A DNA stretch of 64,000 nt. Source: Mustelus asterias. Lineage: Eukaryota. Each line of letters starts with the position of its first letter. The first letter of the stretch is position 1. Of this stretch, positions 1 through 12,289 are shown one piece after another. Made by a program: the position numbers and the translations under genes. The notes under the pieces were generated by a model, which did not search any database, was not told where the DNA came from, and worked only from the letters and a program-made list of their open reading frames with translations. The stretch lies in assembly GCF_964213995.1 (NCBI RefSeq), contig NW_027590162.1, forward strand, positions 1 to 64,000. The letters are read 5' to 3'.

Positions 1-1340
1 TAACTTCCTCGCTCCCAGTCACCTTGTCTCAATCCTCTCCCCCCAACCTATCTAGTTTAAACTCTCCCCAGTAGCCTTAGCCAACCTTCCCACCAAGATA
101 TTGGTCCCCCTGGGATTCAAGTGCCACCCGTTTAGTGTGTACAGGTCACACCTGCCCCTAAAGAGGTTCCAATGGTCCAGGAACCTGAATCCCTGCCCCC
201 TGCACCAGTCCCTCAGCCACACATTCATCCTCCACCTCACTCCATTCCTGCCCTCACCTTCCTGTGGCACAGGCAGCAATCCTGAGATTACTACCTTTGC
301 TTTCCTCCTTCTCAGCTGTCTCCCTAATTCCCTATACTCTCTTTTCACGACCCCCTTCCCCCTTCCTTCCCACATCAGCGGTACCAACATGTACCGCTAC
401 CTCTGGCTCCTCTCCGTTCCCCCTCAGGATTTCTGGGAGTCGACCAGCGACATCCTAGATCCCGGCCCCAGGAGGCAAACCACCATCCGAGACTCCCGCC
501 TGCCTCCGCAAAAACGCCTGTCTGACCCCCTTACTGTTGAGTCCCCGATTAACACTGCCTTCATCCTCTTTTCCTTAGCCCTCTGAGTTACAGAACTGGA
601 CTCCACTCCGAAGACACGGCCACTGCTGCTTCCCCCAGGCGGGCTGTCCCCCCCAGCAGTACTCAGGCAGGAGTACTTGTTGTGTAGGGGCACATCCACC
701 GGGGTGCTCTCAATCACCCGAGCTTTACCCTTCCTGGCCGTCACCCACTTGCCCTCCACCCGTGGCCCTGGTGTGACCACCTGATGATAGCTCTTGTCTC
801 TCACCTCCTCATTCTCCCTTAACAGCCTAAGATCCTCGAGCTGCAGTTCCAGCTCCCTAACACGGTCCCTCAGGAACCACAGCTCGACACAACCCTCACA
901 GATGTGGATGTCCGGGAGGCCAGGTGCCTCCAGGACCTCCCAAATCCGACACTGGGAACAACACACTGGCTTCACACTCATATTTGACACTTTATACCAA
1001 GGTACACAGAAAAGTAAATAAGAATTAAAACTCACCCCTGCTCGCCCTGGCCCCCGAAGCCCTGTGAGCCAAAGCGCTTATAGCTCACACTCTGCTTCCC
1101 AATCACTCCCCTGACCGCTCCCGACGCTGCCCGCTGTGTACTGCAGCCTACCTTTTGGACTTTGCGCGCTTTAAAAACCCTTCCCAGACTCCTTAGCAGC
1201 CCACTTCCGGTTTTCAGTTTAAAATTAAGAAAAGAAAAATAGTACTCTAAATAAAGGCCAAAAAACACACTAACTAACAAAATAAATAATTAAATAAATC
1301 TCTCACCAGCACTCCTGCCACAAATCACTCCCTCTCTGCT
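1..1340 (-). mobile_element. CR1 LINE 5' part: 5'UTR and frameshifted ORF1 (Zn-finger/leucine zipper + SGNH esterase)
   Basis: ORFs 424..1035 (CCxxC..CxxC, LRDRVRELELQL, IGDS motif) and 52..390 (VVISGLLP, DxxHLN-like motif) match CR1 ORF1; element continues off the left edge. Confidence 0.85.
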
Positions 1341-1376
1341 TGCTCCAGTGGAACAATGAGCAAACGAAACCCTACT

Positions 1377-1411
1377 GGGCTCGTCCGGGATTTGAACCCG
1401 GGACTTCTCGC
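1377..1411 (-). pseudogene. tRNA-Pro 3' half fragment
   Basis: Reverse complement GCGAGAAGTCCCGGGTTCAAATCCCGGACGAGCCC matches the 3' half of vertebrate tRNA-Pro; 5' half and anticodon absent. Confidence 0.8.
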
Positions 1412-1459
1412 GTTTTAATGCTCATTCCACAAATTCTGGTTCCTTTCTCTCATACATCG

Positions 1460-1919
1460 AAAAATGTTGCCTGGTCTTGAGGGTGTTGACTCTGAGGAGA
1501 GGTTGAATAAATGCGGATTGTTTTGACTGAAAAGACAGAGGCTGAGGGGAGACCTGATAGAGGTGTACAAAATTGTGAGAGGCACAGACAGGGTGGATAA
1601 TCAGAGGCTTTCTCCCAGGGTGGAAGTGTCAATTACAAGGGGCACATGTTCAAGGTGGGAGGGGGAAAGTTTAAGGGAGATGTGTGGGGGCGATTTTTCA
1701 TGCGGAGTGGTGGATGCATGGAACATGCTGCCACAGGAGGTGGTGGAAGCAGGCACATGAACAACATATAAGAGACATCTGGATTGGTCCATGAATAGGG
1801 AGGGAACAGAGAGATACGGACTAAGTCAGGTTTTTTAAGTCTAGTTCGGGCATCATTTCGGTACAGGCTTAGAGGGCCGAAGGGTCTGTTCTTGCGCTGC
1901 ACTTTTCTTTGTTTTCTTT
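1460..1919 (+). mobile_element. CR1 LINE 3' fragment
   Basis: RRLRGDLIEVYKI-type C-terminal ORF2 remnant (ORF 1563..1760), CR1 3'UTR, TTCTTTG-type tail. Confidence 0.8.
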
Positions 1920-1927
1920 AAACAGCG

Positions 1928-2570
1928 AATAGAAGCAAGAGTAGGCCATTCGGCCCATTGAGCCTGCTCTACCATTCATTATGATCATCTCTGATCAAAT
2001 TCTCTTTCCTGATCCCACCTTCCACCCATATCCCTTAATCCCTTCAGCCCCAAGAGCTACATTTAATTCCTTCTTGACATCACACATTTTGGCCTCAGCT
2101 ATTTTCTGCATGAGTGATTTCCACAGATTCACCACTCTCTGGTGGAGAAATTTCTCCTCACCTCGGTCTTAAAAATTTACCCTTTATCCTTACACAAAGG
2201 ATATCGGTAACATTCTTCCTGAATCTACCCTTTCTAGTCCTGTTAGAATTTTATAAGTTCCTATGAGACCCCTCTCAATCTTCTAAACTCCAGTGAACAT
2301 AATCCTAACTAACTTCATCTTTCTTCATATGACACTTGCCATCCCAGGAAGCAACCTGGGGAACCTTCGCTGCACTCCCCCTGTAGCAAGGACATCCTTC
2401 CTCAGATAAGGACACCAAAACTGCACACAATACTCCAGGTGTGGCCTCATCATTGCCCTATACAACTGCAGTAAAACATCCCTATTCTTCGACACAAATC
2501 CTCTCCCTCTCAAGGCCAACGTACCATTTGCCGTCTTTTTGTCTGTGTACCTATGCACTTACTTTCAGGG
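1928..2570 (-). mobile_element. Old CR1 LINE 3' fragment
   Basis: ORF 2325..2558 contains RPHLEYCVQFW motif. Confidence 0.75.
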
Positions 2571-2573
2571 ACT

Positions 2574-3370
2574 GAACAAAGAAGAGTACAGCACAGGAAC
2601 AGGCCCTCTCACCCCCCAAGTCTGTGCCGACGCAGATGCCTCTTGTAATGACTTCAATCAGGCCATTGAGGTTGGCCGATTGGAGAATGAACTCCCTGAA
2701 TAAGGATCCAATTGATGGGCCAATCAGTGAGTCTTTGCCTTGTACTAAACTGGGAGTGTCAATTCCTCTAACACCCCTGGAGGTAGACTGCTAACTGTAA
2801 GCACTCGGTGTACTGCTGTTAGAGGTGTAAATAAGGGCATTTTGATGAAGGAACTTCTGCCTCCGCAGACTTATTACACCTCTCTCATCTAATATTTTCT
2901 TGCCTCGATGTGGTCCATATCCCTCTGTTCCCTGCTGATTCATGTATCTATCCAGATGCCTCTTGAACGTTGTTACAGAATCTGCTTCCACTACTTCCTC
3001 TGACAGCACGTTCCAGGCATTCACCACTCTCTGTCTGAAAAACTTGCTCCTTACATCTCTTTTAAACTTTCCCTCTCACCTTTGTCTCGAGTTATTGACT
3101 GCTCGACCCTGGGAAAAAGACTCTGACAATCCACTCTATCCAACCCTGTCATAATCTTGTAAACCTCTCTCAGGTCCCCCCTCGTCCTCTGATGCTCCAA
3201 AGAAAACAATCCACGTTTGTTCAACCTTCTTCATAGTCCATAATCCTCCAAACCAGGCAACATCCTGGAAAATCTCTTCTGCACCCTTTCCAATGTATCA
3301 ACATTCTTCTGGAAGTGTGGCGACCAGAATGGTACACAATACTCCAAATGTGGCCTAACCAAAGTCTTAT
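2574..3370 (-). mobile_element. CR1 3' fragment interrupted by a solo LTR
   Basis: ORF 2791..3027 VNAWNVLSEEVVEA...FKRHLDRYM; CR1 tail at about 2574. Confidence 0.75.
2644..2878. mobile_element. Solo LTR (235 bp)
   Basis: Starts TGTAAT, ends ATTACA (6-bp terminal inverted repeat); 5-bp TSD CCTCT at 2639-2643 and 2879-2883. Confidence 0.8.
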
Positions 3371-3384
3371 GCATTAAGACTTGA

Positions 3385-4460
3385 TTGTACTGATTGATGC
3401 ACAAGGACACCGAGGTCTCGCTGAGTATCCACCTTCATCAATTTACACCCATTCAAATAATAATCTGCCTTCCTATTTTTGCTACTGAAGTAAAGAATGA
3501 AGTGGTCACCGCATATTTATCCACATTATACTACATCTGCCATGCAGATGCCCACGCACTCAGCCTGTCCAAATCGCGCTGAAGGATCTCTGCATGCCCC
3601 TCACAGCTCACCCTCCCACCCAATATTGTATCATCTCCATATTTGGAGATAATACATTTAGTTCCCACGTCCAAATCATTCATATATAATATGAACAGTT
3701 GGGGTCCTAGCGCTGATCCCTGCGGTCCTCCACTAATCACTGCCTTCCAATTGGAAAAAGACCCATTTATGCCATGTTTTTACTTCCTGTCTGTTAATCA
3801 GCTTTCTATCCATCTCAAGACGCTACCCACAATCCCATGTACTTTACCTTTACATAGTAGAGGGGCGGCACAATGGTTACTACTGCTGTCTCACAGCGCC
3901 AAGGACCCAGGTTCGATTCCCGGCTTGGGTCACTGTCTGTGTGGAGTCTGCACGTTCCCTCCGTGTCTGTGTGTGTTTCCTCTGGGTACTCCAGTTCCTC
4001 CCACAGTCTGAAAGACGTGCTGGTTCGGTGCATTGGTCATGCTAAATTCTCCCTCAGTCTACCTGAACAGCCGCCGGGGTATGGCGACGAGGGGATTTTC
4101 ACAATACCTTCATTGCAGTGTTAATGTAAACCTACTAACAAACAAACTGTAACCTTTAACAATTAAAAACATTAGGAGCGACCCTGTCGAAAGTCTTCTG
4201 AAATTCTAAAGAAACAACATCCACCGGTTCTTCCTGGTCAACTCAACTAGTTACATCCTCGAAGAATTCCAGTAGTTTTATCAAGCATGATTTCCCTTTT
4301 GTAAATCCATGCTGACTTTATCTGATCATAACACTGCTTTCCAAACGCTTGGTAATGGGCTCGAGCAGCTGCCCTACGACTGACGTTCGGCTGACTGGTC
4401 ATTGGTTCCCTCTTTCCTCTCTACCTCTGTTTTTGAATACAGGGTTTAGATTAGTTACCT
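3385..4460 (-). mobile_element. Old CR1 RT fragment split by a SINE
   Basis: ORF 3531..3740 SGGPQGSALGPQLF...KYGDDT (RT domains 4-5); homology resumes after 4160. Confidence 0.7.
3862..4140 (+). mobile_element. tRNA-derived V-SINE (HE1-like)
   Basis: tRNA-like head with B box GGTTCGATTCC followed by V-domain GTGTGGAGT.TGCACGTT...TTTCCTC.GGGT.CTCC. Confidence 0.8.
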
Positions 4461-4470
4461 CTCTATCCCG

Positions 4471-4630
4471 TGAAAGTGCTGACTCTGGCTGGGTTCAGTT
4501 CTACACTCACTGGTTCCTCTCTCTCTCTCCTGAAGGTGCTGACTCTGGCTGGGTTCAGTTCGACACTCACTGGTTCCTCTCTCTCTCTCCTGAAGGTGCT
4601 GACTCTGGTTGGGTTCTGTTCAGACACTGG
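4471..4630. repeat. Tandem repeat, 60-bp unit, about 2.6 copies
   Basis: GTGCTGACTCTGGCTGGGTTCAGTT repeats in register on consecutive 60-nt lines. Confidence 0.9.
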
Positions 4631-5043
4631 AAATCTGCAATAAAAGCAGAAAAGAAAGCTCAGCCGATTGGGCAGCATCTGTTTCGAGAGAGAAACAGAG
4701 TTAGTTTTTCAGGTTTGTGACCTTTCATCAGAACTTGAAAACAGAAACTGGGAAGATGTTTCGGCCATTCAGCCCTTCGTGTCTGTTCCATCATTCAATG
4801 TGATCATGGCTGATCCTCTATCTCAATTCCATATTCTGTTTTTTCCCAATACCCCTTGATGCCATTAAAATCTAAAAACAATCTCTCTCTCCTTCTTGAA
4901 CCTATGCAGTGACTTGGTCTTCACAGCTTCTTTGGCCGAGAATTCCATAGGTTCACCACCCTCTGAGTGAAGAAATTTCCCCTCATCTCATTCCTAAATG
5001 GTGTTCCCCGTATCCTAAGACTGAGCCCCCTTGTTCAACATTC

Positions 5044-6490
5044 AAAGAACAAAGAAAATTACTGCACAGGAACAGGCCCTTCAGCCCTCCAAGCCTGCAC
5101 CGACCATGCTGCCCGACTGAACTAAAACCCCCTACCCTTCCGGGACCATATCCCTCTATTCCCATCCTATTCATGTATTTGTCAAGACGCCCCTTAAAAG
5201 TCACGACCGTATCCACTTCCACTACCTCCCCTGGCAACGAGTTCCAGGCACCCACTACTCTGTGTAAAAAATCTGCCTCGTACATCTTCTTTAAACCTTG
5301 CCCCTGGCACCTTCAACCTGTGCCCCCTAGTAATTGACTCTTCCACCCTGGGAAAAAGCTTCTGACTATCCACTCTGTCCATGCCTCTCATTATCTGGTA
5401 GACATCTATCAGGTCGCCACTCAACCTCCGTTGCTCCAGTGAGAACAAACCAAGTTTCTCCAACCTCTCCTCATAGCTAATGCCCTCCATACCAAGCAAC
5501 ATCCTGGTAAATCTTTTCTGTACCCTCTCCAAAGCCTCTACATCCTTCTGGTAGTGTGACGACCAGAATTGAACACTATATTCCAAGCGCGGCCGAACTC
5601 AGGTTCTATAAAGCTGCAACATGGCTTGCCAATTTTTAAACTCAATGCCCCGGCCGATGAAGGCAAGCATGCCGTATGCCTCCTTGACTACCTTCTCCAC
5701 CTGCATTGCCACTTTCAGTGACCTGTATGCCTGTACACCCAGATCTCTTTGCCTATCAGTACTCTTAAGTGTTCTGCCATTTACTGTATATTTCCTAACT
5801 GTATTAGACCTACCAAAATGCATTACCTCACATTTATCCGGATTAAACTCCATCTGCCATCTCTCTGCCCATGTCTCCAACTGATCTACATCCTGCTGAA
5901 TCCTCTGATGGTCCTCACCGCTATCCGGAAATCCACCAACCTTTGTGTCGTCTGCAAACGTACTAATCAAACCAGTTACATTTTCCTCCAAATCATTTAT
6001 ATATATTACAAACAGCAACAGTCCCAGCACTGATCCTTGAGGAACGCCACTTGTCACAGCCCTCCATTCAGAAACACACCATTCCACTGCTACCCTCTGT
6101 TTTCTGTGACCAAGCCAGTTTTGTATCCACGTAGCCAGCTCACATCTGATCCCATGCAACTTCACCTTCTGCACCAGTCTGCCATGAGGGACCTTGTCAA
6201 AGGCCTTGCTGAAGTCCATGTATACAACATCCACTGCCCTACCCTGATCAATCATCTTTGTTACTTCCTCGAAAAACTCGATCAAGTTCGTGAGACACAA
6301 CCTCCCCTTCACTAATACGTCCACTTATTTCCAAGTGGGAATAAATCCTGTCTTGAAGAATCCTCTCCAATAATTTCCCTACCACTGATGTCAGGCTCAC
6401 CGGCCTGTAATTACCTGGATTATTCTTGCAACACTTCTAAAATAAAGGAACAACATTGGCTGTTCTCCAATCCTCTGGGACCTCCCCTGT
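5044..6490 (-). mobile_element. 5'-truncated CR1 LINE (RT to 3' tail)
   Basis: ORFs 5599..6324 ([25 protein letters not shown]), 5194..5586, 4983..5285; CAAAGAA tail repeat. Confidence 0.9.
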
Positions 6491-6658
6491 AAGGGTTTTA
6501 ACAACACCAGGTTAAAGTCCAACAGGTTTATTTGGTAGCAAATACCATTAGCTTTCGGAGCACTGCTCCTTCGTCAGATGGAGTGGAAATCTGCTTTCAA
6601 ACAAATGGAAATCCATTTTGAGAGCACTGTTTGAGAGCAGATTTCCACTCCATCCGAC
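6491..6658. mobile_element. Penelope-like pLTR fragment (partial inverted repeat)
   Basis: Matches the terminal repeats of the GIY-YIG element at 54650-55953. Confidence 0.8.
6545..6581 (-). ncRNA. Minimal type I hammerhead ribozyme motif
   Basis: CCAT-CTGACGA-A-GGAGC AGT GCTCC-GAA-AGCT-A-ATGG: catalytic core, stem II, palindromic stem III, stem I. Confidence 0.7.
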
Positions 6659-9600
6659 AATTTCTGACCTGGGAAAAAGCTTCCAACTGTTCACCCTATC
6701 CATGTCCTTCATAATTTTATAAACTTCTATTAGGTCGCCCCTCAACCTCCGTCTTTCCAGGGAGAACAACCTTAGTTTACTGAATCTCACCTCATAGCTA
6801 AAACCCTCCATACCAGGCAACATCCTGGTAAACCTTTTCTGCACTCTCACCAAAGCCTCCACGTCCTTCTGGTAGTGTGGCGACCAGAACTGGACGCAGT
6901 ATTCCAAATGTGGCCGAAGCAACGTTCTATATAACTGCAACATCATATGCCAACTTTTAAACTCTATGCCCCGTCCAATAAAGGCAAGCATGCCATATGC
7001 CTTCTTCACCACCTTTTCCACCTGTGCTGCCTCCTTTAAGGATCTGTGGACTTGCACACCCAGATCCCTCTGTGTGTCTATACACCTGATGGTTCTGCCA
7101 TTTATTGTATAGCTCCCCCCTGCATTAGATCTACCAAAATGCATCATTTAGCATTTATCTGGATAAAGTTCCATCTGCCATTTCTCCGCCCAATTTTCCA
7201 GCCTATCTATATCCTGCTGTATTCTCTGGCAATGTTCATCACTATCCGCAACTCCAGCAATCTTTGTGTCGTCTGCAAAGTTACTAATCAGACCAGCTAC
7301 ATCTTCTTATAAATCATTTATATATATATCACAAACAGCAGAGGTCCCAGTACAGAGCCCTGTGGAACACCACTAGTCACAAACCTCCAATCAGAAAAAG
7401 AACCCCCCACTGCTACCCTCTGTCTTCTATGGCCAAGCCAGTTCTGTACCCATCTCGCTAGTTCACATTTGATCCTGTGAGATTTAACCTTTTGCACCAG
7501 TCTGCCATGAGGGACCTTGTCAAATGCTTTACTAAATTCCATGTAGACGACATCCACGGCCCTTCCCTCGTCAATCATTTTTGTCACCACCTCAAAAAAC
7601 TCAACCAAATTTGTGAGGCATGCCCTCCCTCGTACAAAACCATGTTGTCTATCGCTAATGAGACTATTCAGTTCTAAATGTGCATAGATCCTATCTCTAA
7701 GAATCTTCTCCAACAATTTCCCTATCACGGACGTCAAGCTCACTGGCCTATAATTCCCGGGTTATCCTTGCTACCCTTCTTAAATAACGGGACCACATTT
7801 GCTATCCTCCAATCCTCTGGGACCTCAGCTGTGTCCAATGAAGAAACAAAGATTTCTGTTAGAGGCCCAGCAATTTCATCTCTTGTCTCTCTCAATAATC
7901 TGGGACAGGTGCCATCTGGCCCTGGGGATTTGTCTACCTTTATGCTTCCTAAAACACCTAACACTTCCTCCCTTGTAATTGCGATTTGTTCTAACGGGTC
8001 TACACATCCCTCTGAGACACTACCAATCAACATGTCCCTCTTCTTTGTGAATACTGATGCAAAGTATTCATTTAGGATCTCACCTACTTCCTTGGGTTCT
8101 CAGCATAATTCCCCTCCTTTGTTCTTGAGAGGTCCGACTCTTTCTCTGACAACCCTCTTGTTCCTAACATATGTATAAAATGCCTTGGGATTCTCCTTAA
8201 TGAAGGGGCAGCGCTCCGAACCTAGTGGCTTGTGCTACCAAATAAACCTGTTTGACTTTAACCTGGTATTGCGAGACTTCTTGCTGTGTTTATCCCAGTC
8301 CAACGCCGGCATCTCCACATCATATTCTCCTTAACCAGTAGTGCAACTCCCCCACCCCTTTTACATCCCCCTCTATCCCGCCTGAAACATCTGTATCCTG
8401 GAATGTTAAGCTGCCAATCCTGTCCTTCCCTTAACCAAGTCTCTGTAATGGCAACAACATCGTATTTCCTAGTACTAATCCAAGCTCTAAGTTCATCTGC
8501 CTTACCTGTTACACCTCTCGCATTGAAACAGATGCACTTCAGTCCACCAGACCCTCTTTGATTATGAACCCCACCCTGCCTGCTGTTTCTCTGGGTCTTA
8601 CTGGTCCTACTCTCTGGTTCTCCTTCAGCTAATTCACCTTTGCTTTGGTTCCCACCCCCCTGCTAAACTAGTTTAAATCCTTCCATGTGACATTGGCAAA
8701 CCTCCCGGCCAGAATATTTATGCCCTCCCAGTTTAGATGCAACCCGTCCTTCTTGTACAGGTCCCATCTGCCCCGAAAGAGACTCCCATCGTCCAGATAT
8801 CTGAAACCCTCCCTCCTGCACCAGCTGTTTAGCCACATGTTGAGCTGCACTATCTTTCTATTCCTAGCCTAACTGGCATGTGGCACAGGGAGTAATCCTG
8901 AGATTACAACCCTTGAGATCCTGCTTTTTAACTTTCTACCTAACTCCCTAAACTGCTGCTGCAGGACCTCATCACTCCTCTTACCTATGTCGTTAGTACC
9001 AATATGTACCACGACCTCTGGCTGTTCACGCTCTCCCTTCAGAATGCTTTCTGTTTGTTCAGTGACATCCTGAACCCTGGCACCAGGGAGGCAACATACC
9101 ATCCTGGAGTCTCTTTCACGTCCACAGAAACGCCTATCTACACCCCTAACTATAGAATCCCCTATAACTATTGTTCTAGTGCTCTTTGTCTCTCCCTGCT
9201 TAACAACAGCCATGGTGCCACTGCTTTGGCTCCTGCGGCTGTTATTCCCTGATAGCCCATCTCCCCCAACAGTATCCACAACGGTATACTTGTTACAGAG
9301 GGAGATGACCACAGGCACTGACTGCCTGCCCCTTCTGGCGGTCACCCATCCATCTGCCTGCACCTTGGGTGTGACCACGTCTCTAAACTCCTATCTATGA
9401 TGCTTTCCGCCTCCTTCATGCTCCTAAGAGCATCCAACTGCTGCTCCAACCTATCCATGCGGTCTGAAAGGAGCTGCAATTGGGTGCACTTCCTGCAGAC
9501 ATAGTTGTCCGAGATGCTGGAAGCCCTGGATCTCCCACATCCCACAAGTGCAACACTTAACCCCACCAACCGACATTTCGAGCACCAATTAAATTATTTG
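6659..9600 (-). mobile_element. Degraded near-full-length CR1 LINE with ORF1, internally deleted endonuclease and RT
   Basis: ORF1 pieces 9342..9569, 8869..9378 (IGDS, HIGTND), 8668..8850; RT pieces 7740..8033, 7318..7743, 6548..7147. Confidence 0.85.
8201..8323 (+). mobile_element. Penelope-like pLTR 3' fragment with tail
   Basis: CCAAATAAACCTG...CCAGTCCAACGCCGGCATCTCCACATCAT; flanked by ATTCTCCTTAA at 8190-8200 and 8324-8334. Confidence 0.8.
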
Positions 9601-10845
9601 AGAAAATTTATAAAACTCTTACCTTCACTTTTACCAACTCACAGTGCCCTTTTTTTTTGGTTAGAAGGGGGAGGGAGGTAAACACTAATGTAGTGTTCTG
9701 GGCTTACCGCTCCTTGACACCAGATCTTCAGCTTCCCACTTCTTGGTAAATGTTGCTGGTCTGCCCAGCCCTGTTTGAATTTTATCTGTTTTAATCAGAT
9801 CTCATCTGATCCTTTCCTTTCTGTTTTTCACACCAAAGTGTATAACTTCACATTTAGCTGCGTTGTGCTGCATCTGCCATGTGTTTGTTCACTCACTCAA
9901 CTTGCCCAAATCACCATGAAGCCTCCATGCATCCTCCTCACAACTCACAATTCTGCCCAGTTTTGTGTTGTCAGCAAACGTGGAAATGTTACGTTTGGTT
10001 CCCTCATCCAGGTCGTATATGTGAACAATGGGATTAGAATAGATAGATGCTGATGGCCGGCACATACACGAGGGGCTGAATGGCCTCTGTCTGTGCTGTA
10101 AAATTCGATGACTCTCTGACCTCCGAAAGAAGTCATTCATTTGGGAACTCCTGAGATAATGATTGGTTCGATAGAAATAAAGATCTCTTGTCTTTTCTCT
10201 GGTGTCTTACACTTTGTTCCTTGCTTCCTGACAGGAATCTCCAAACTGGGGGAATTGTGGATCCTGGTGACATCACCCTGTTGGGGATGAAGCTATTGTC
10301 ACAGGGTCCTGTGTTGTCAATGTACCGACCCGTTACCATAGTTACCCAGTTTCACTGGATGTTGGCAGAATGTTTACCATCGGTTTGGTGGTCGACCTGC
10401 CAGCTGTTCATACAGAATACAGATGCTGTGAGTGAGCATTGTCCGCCTCCCACTTACAGCAATGACAGTGACAACCTGCATCATTTCCTATTGGGACTAG
10501 AGTCATAGTCAGAGTCACAGAGATTTACAGCTGGAAACAGGCCCTTCAGCCCAACTCGTCCAAGCTGCCCTGATTTTGCCATTAAACTAGTCCAGGTGCT
10601 TGCGTTTGCCCCATATCCCTCGATACCAATCTTACCCATGTAACTATCTAAATGCTTTTTAAAAGGCAAAATTGTAACCACCTCTACTACTACCTCTGGC
10701 AGCTCGTTCCAGACACTCACCACCGTCTGTGCAAAAATTGCCCCTCTGGACCCTTTTGTGTTTCTCCCCTCTCACGTTAAACCTATGCCCTCCACTTTAA
10801 AACTCCCCGATCTTTGAGAAAAGACATTGACTATCGAGCTGATCT

Positions 10846-12156
10846 ATAGAACCATAGAACCATAGAAAATTACAGCTCAGAAACAGGCCTTTTGGCCCTT
10901 CTTGTCTGTGCCGAACCATTTTATGCCTAGTCCCACTGACCTGCACTTGGACCATATCCCTCCACACCCCTCTCATCCATGAACCCGTCCAAGTTTTTCT
11001 TAAATGTTAAAAGTGACCCCGCATTTACCACTTTATCCGGCAGCTCATTCCACACTCCCACCACTCTCTGCGTGAAGAAGCCCCCCCTAATATTCCCTTT
11101 AAACTTTTCTCCTTTCACCCTTAACCCATGCCCTCTGGTTTTTTTCTCCCCTAGCCTCAGCGGAAAAAGCCTGCTTGCATTCACTCTATCTATACCCATC
11201 AAAATCTTATACACCTCTATCAAATCTCCCCTCAATCTTCTACGCTCCAGGGAATAAAGTCCCAACCTATTCAATCTCTCTCTGTAACTCAGCTTCTCAA
11301 GTCCCGGCAACATCCTTGTGAACCTTCTCTGCACTCTTTCAATCTTATTTACATCCTTCCTGTAACTAGGTGACCAAAACTGTACACAATACTCCAAATT
11401 CGGCCTCACCAATGCCTTATATAACCTTACCATAACACTCCAACTTTTATACTCGATACTCCGATTTATAAAGGCCAATGTACCAAAGGCACTCTTTACG
11501 ACCCTATCCACCTGTGACGTCACTTTTAGGGAACTCTGAACCTGTATTCCCAGATCCCTCTGTTCAACTGCACTCTTCAGAGTCCTACCATTTACCCTGT
11601 ACGCTCTTCTTTGGTTTGTCCTTCCAAAGTGCAATATCTCACACTTGGCTGCGTTAAATTCCATTTGCCATTTTTCAGCCCATTTTTCTAGTTGGTCCAA
11701 ATCCCTCTGCATGCTTTGAAAACCTTCCTCACTGTCCACTACACCTCCAATCTTTGTATCATCAGCAAACTTGCTGATCCAATTTACCACATTATCATCC
11801 AGATCATTGATATAGATGACAAACAACAATGGACCCAACACCGATCCCTGCGGCACACCACTAGTCACAGGCCTCCACTCAGAGAAGCAATCCTCCACAA
11901 CCACTCTCTGGCTTCTTCCATTGAGCCAGTGTCTTATCCAATTTACTACCTCCCCATGTATACCCAGCGACTGAACCTTCCTAACTAACCTCCCATGAGG
12001 GACCTTGTCAAAGGCCTTGCTGAAATCCAGGTAGACAACATCCACCGCCTTCCCTTCATCCACCTTCCTGGTAACCTCCTCGAAAAACTCTAATAGATTG
12101 GTCAAACATGACCGACCACGCACAAAGCCATGTTGACTCTCCCTCATCAGTCCCTG
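10846..12156 (-). mobile_element. Young 5'-truncated CR1 LINE with uninterrupted RT ORF
   Basis: ORF 10927..12147 (406 aa) open from SQHGF through FADDT to the C-terminus; (TTCTATGG)n tail at 10846-10867. Confidence 0.92.
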
Positions 12157-12198
12157 AAAGAAGAAGCAAACCGTTTGCTACTAATCTGATCCAAAATC

Positions 12199-12289
12199 CG
12201 ACTCTGGTGGGACTCGAACCCACAACCTTTGAACGGCTAACTTGCCCTTATTTAGAAATCCAACGCGCTATCCATTGCGCCACAGAGCC
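12199..12289 (-). tRNA. tRNA-Arg(TCT), intron-containing (about 18-nt intron)
   Basis: GGCTCTGTGGCGCAATGGATAGCGCGTTGGATT-TCT-A[intron]GTTCAAAGGTTGTGGGTTCGAGTCCCACCAGAGTCG; C32T and A38G versus canonical; may be a retrocopy. Confidence 0.85.

Noticed and set aside
3862-3935. tRNA gene
   Set aside because: SINE head: B box present but no closed cloverleaf, followed by V-domain
10188-10508. 106-aa ORF after a splice-acceptor-like tract
   Set aside because: No recognisable domain, runs into a CR1 tail, no donor seen
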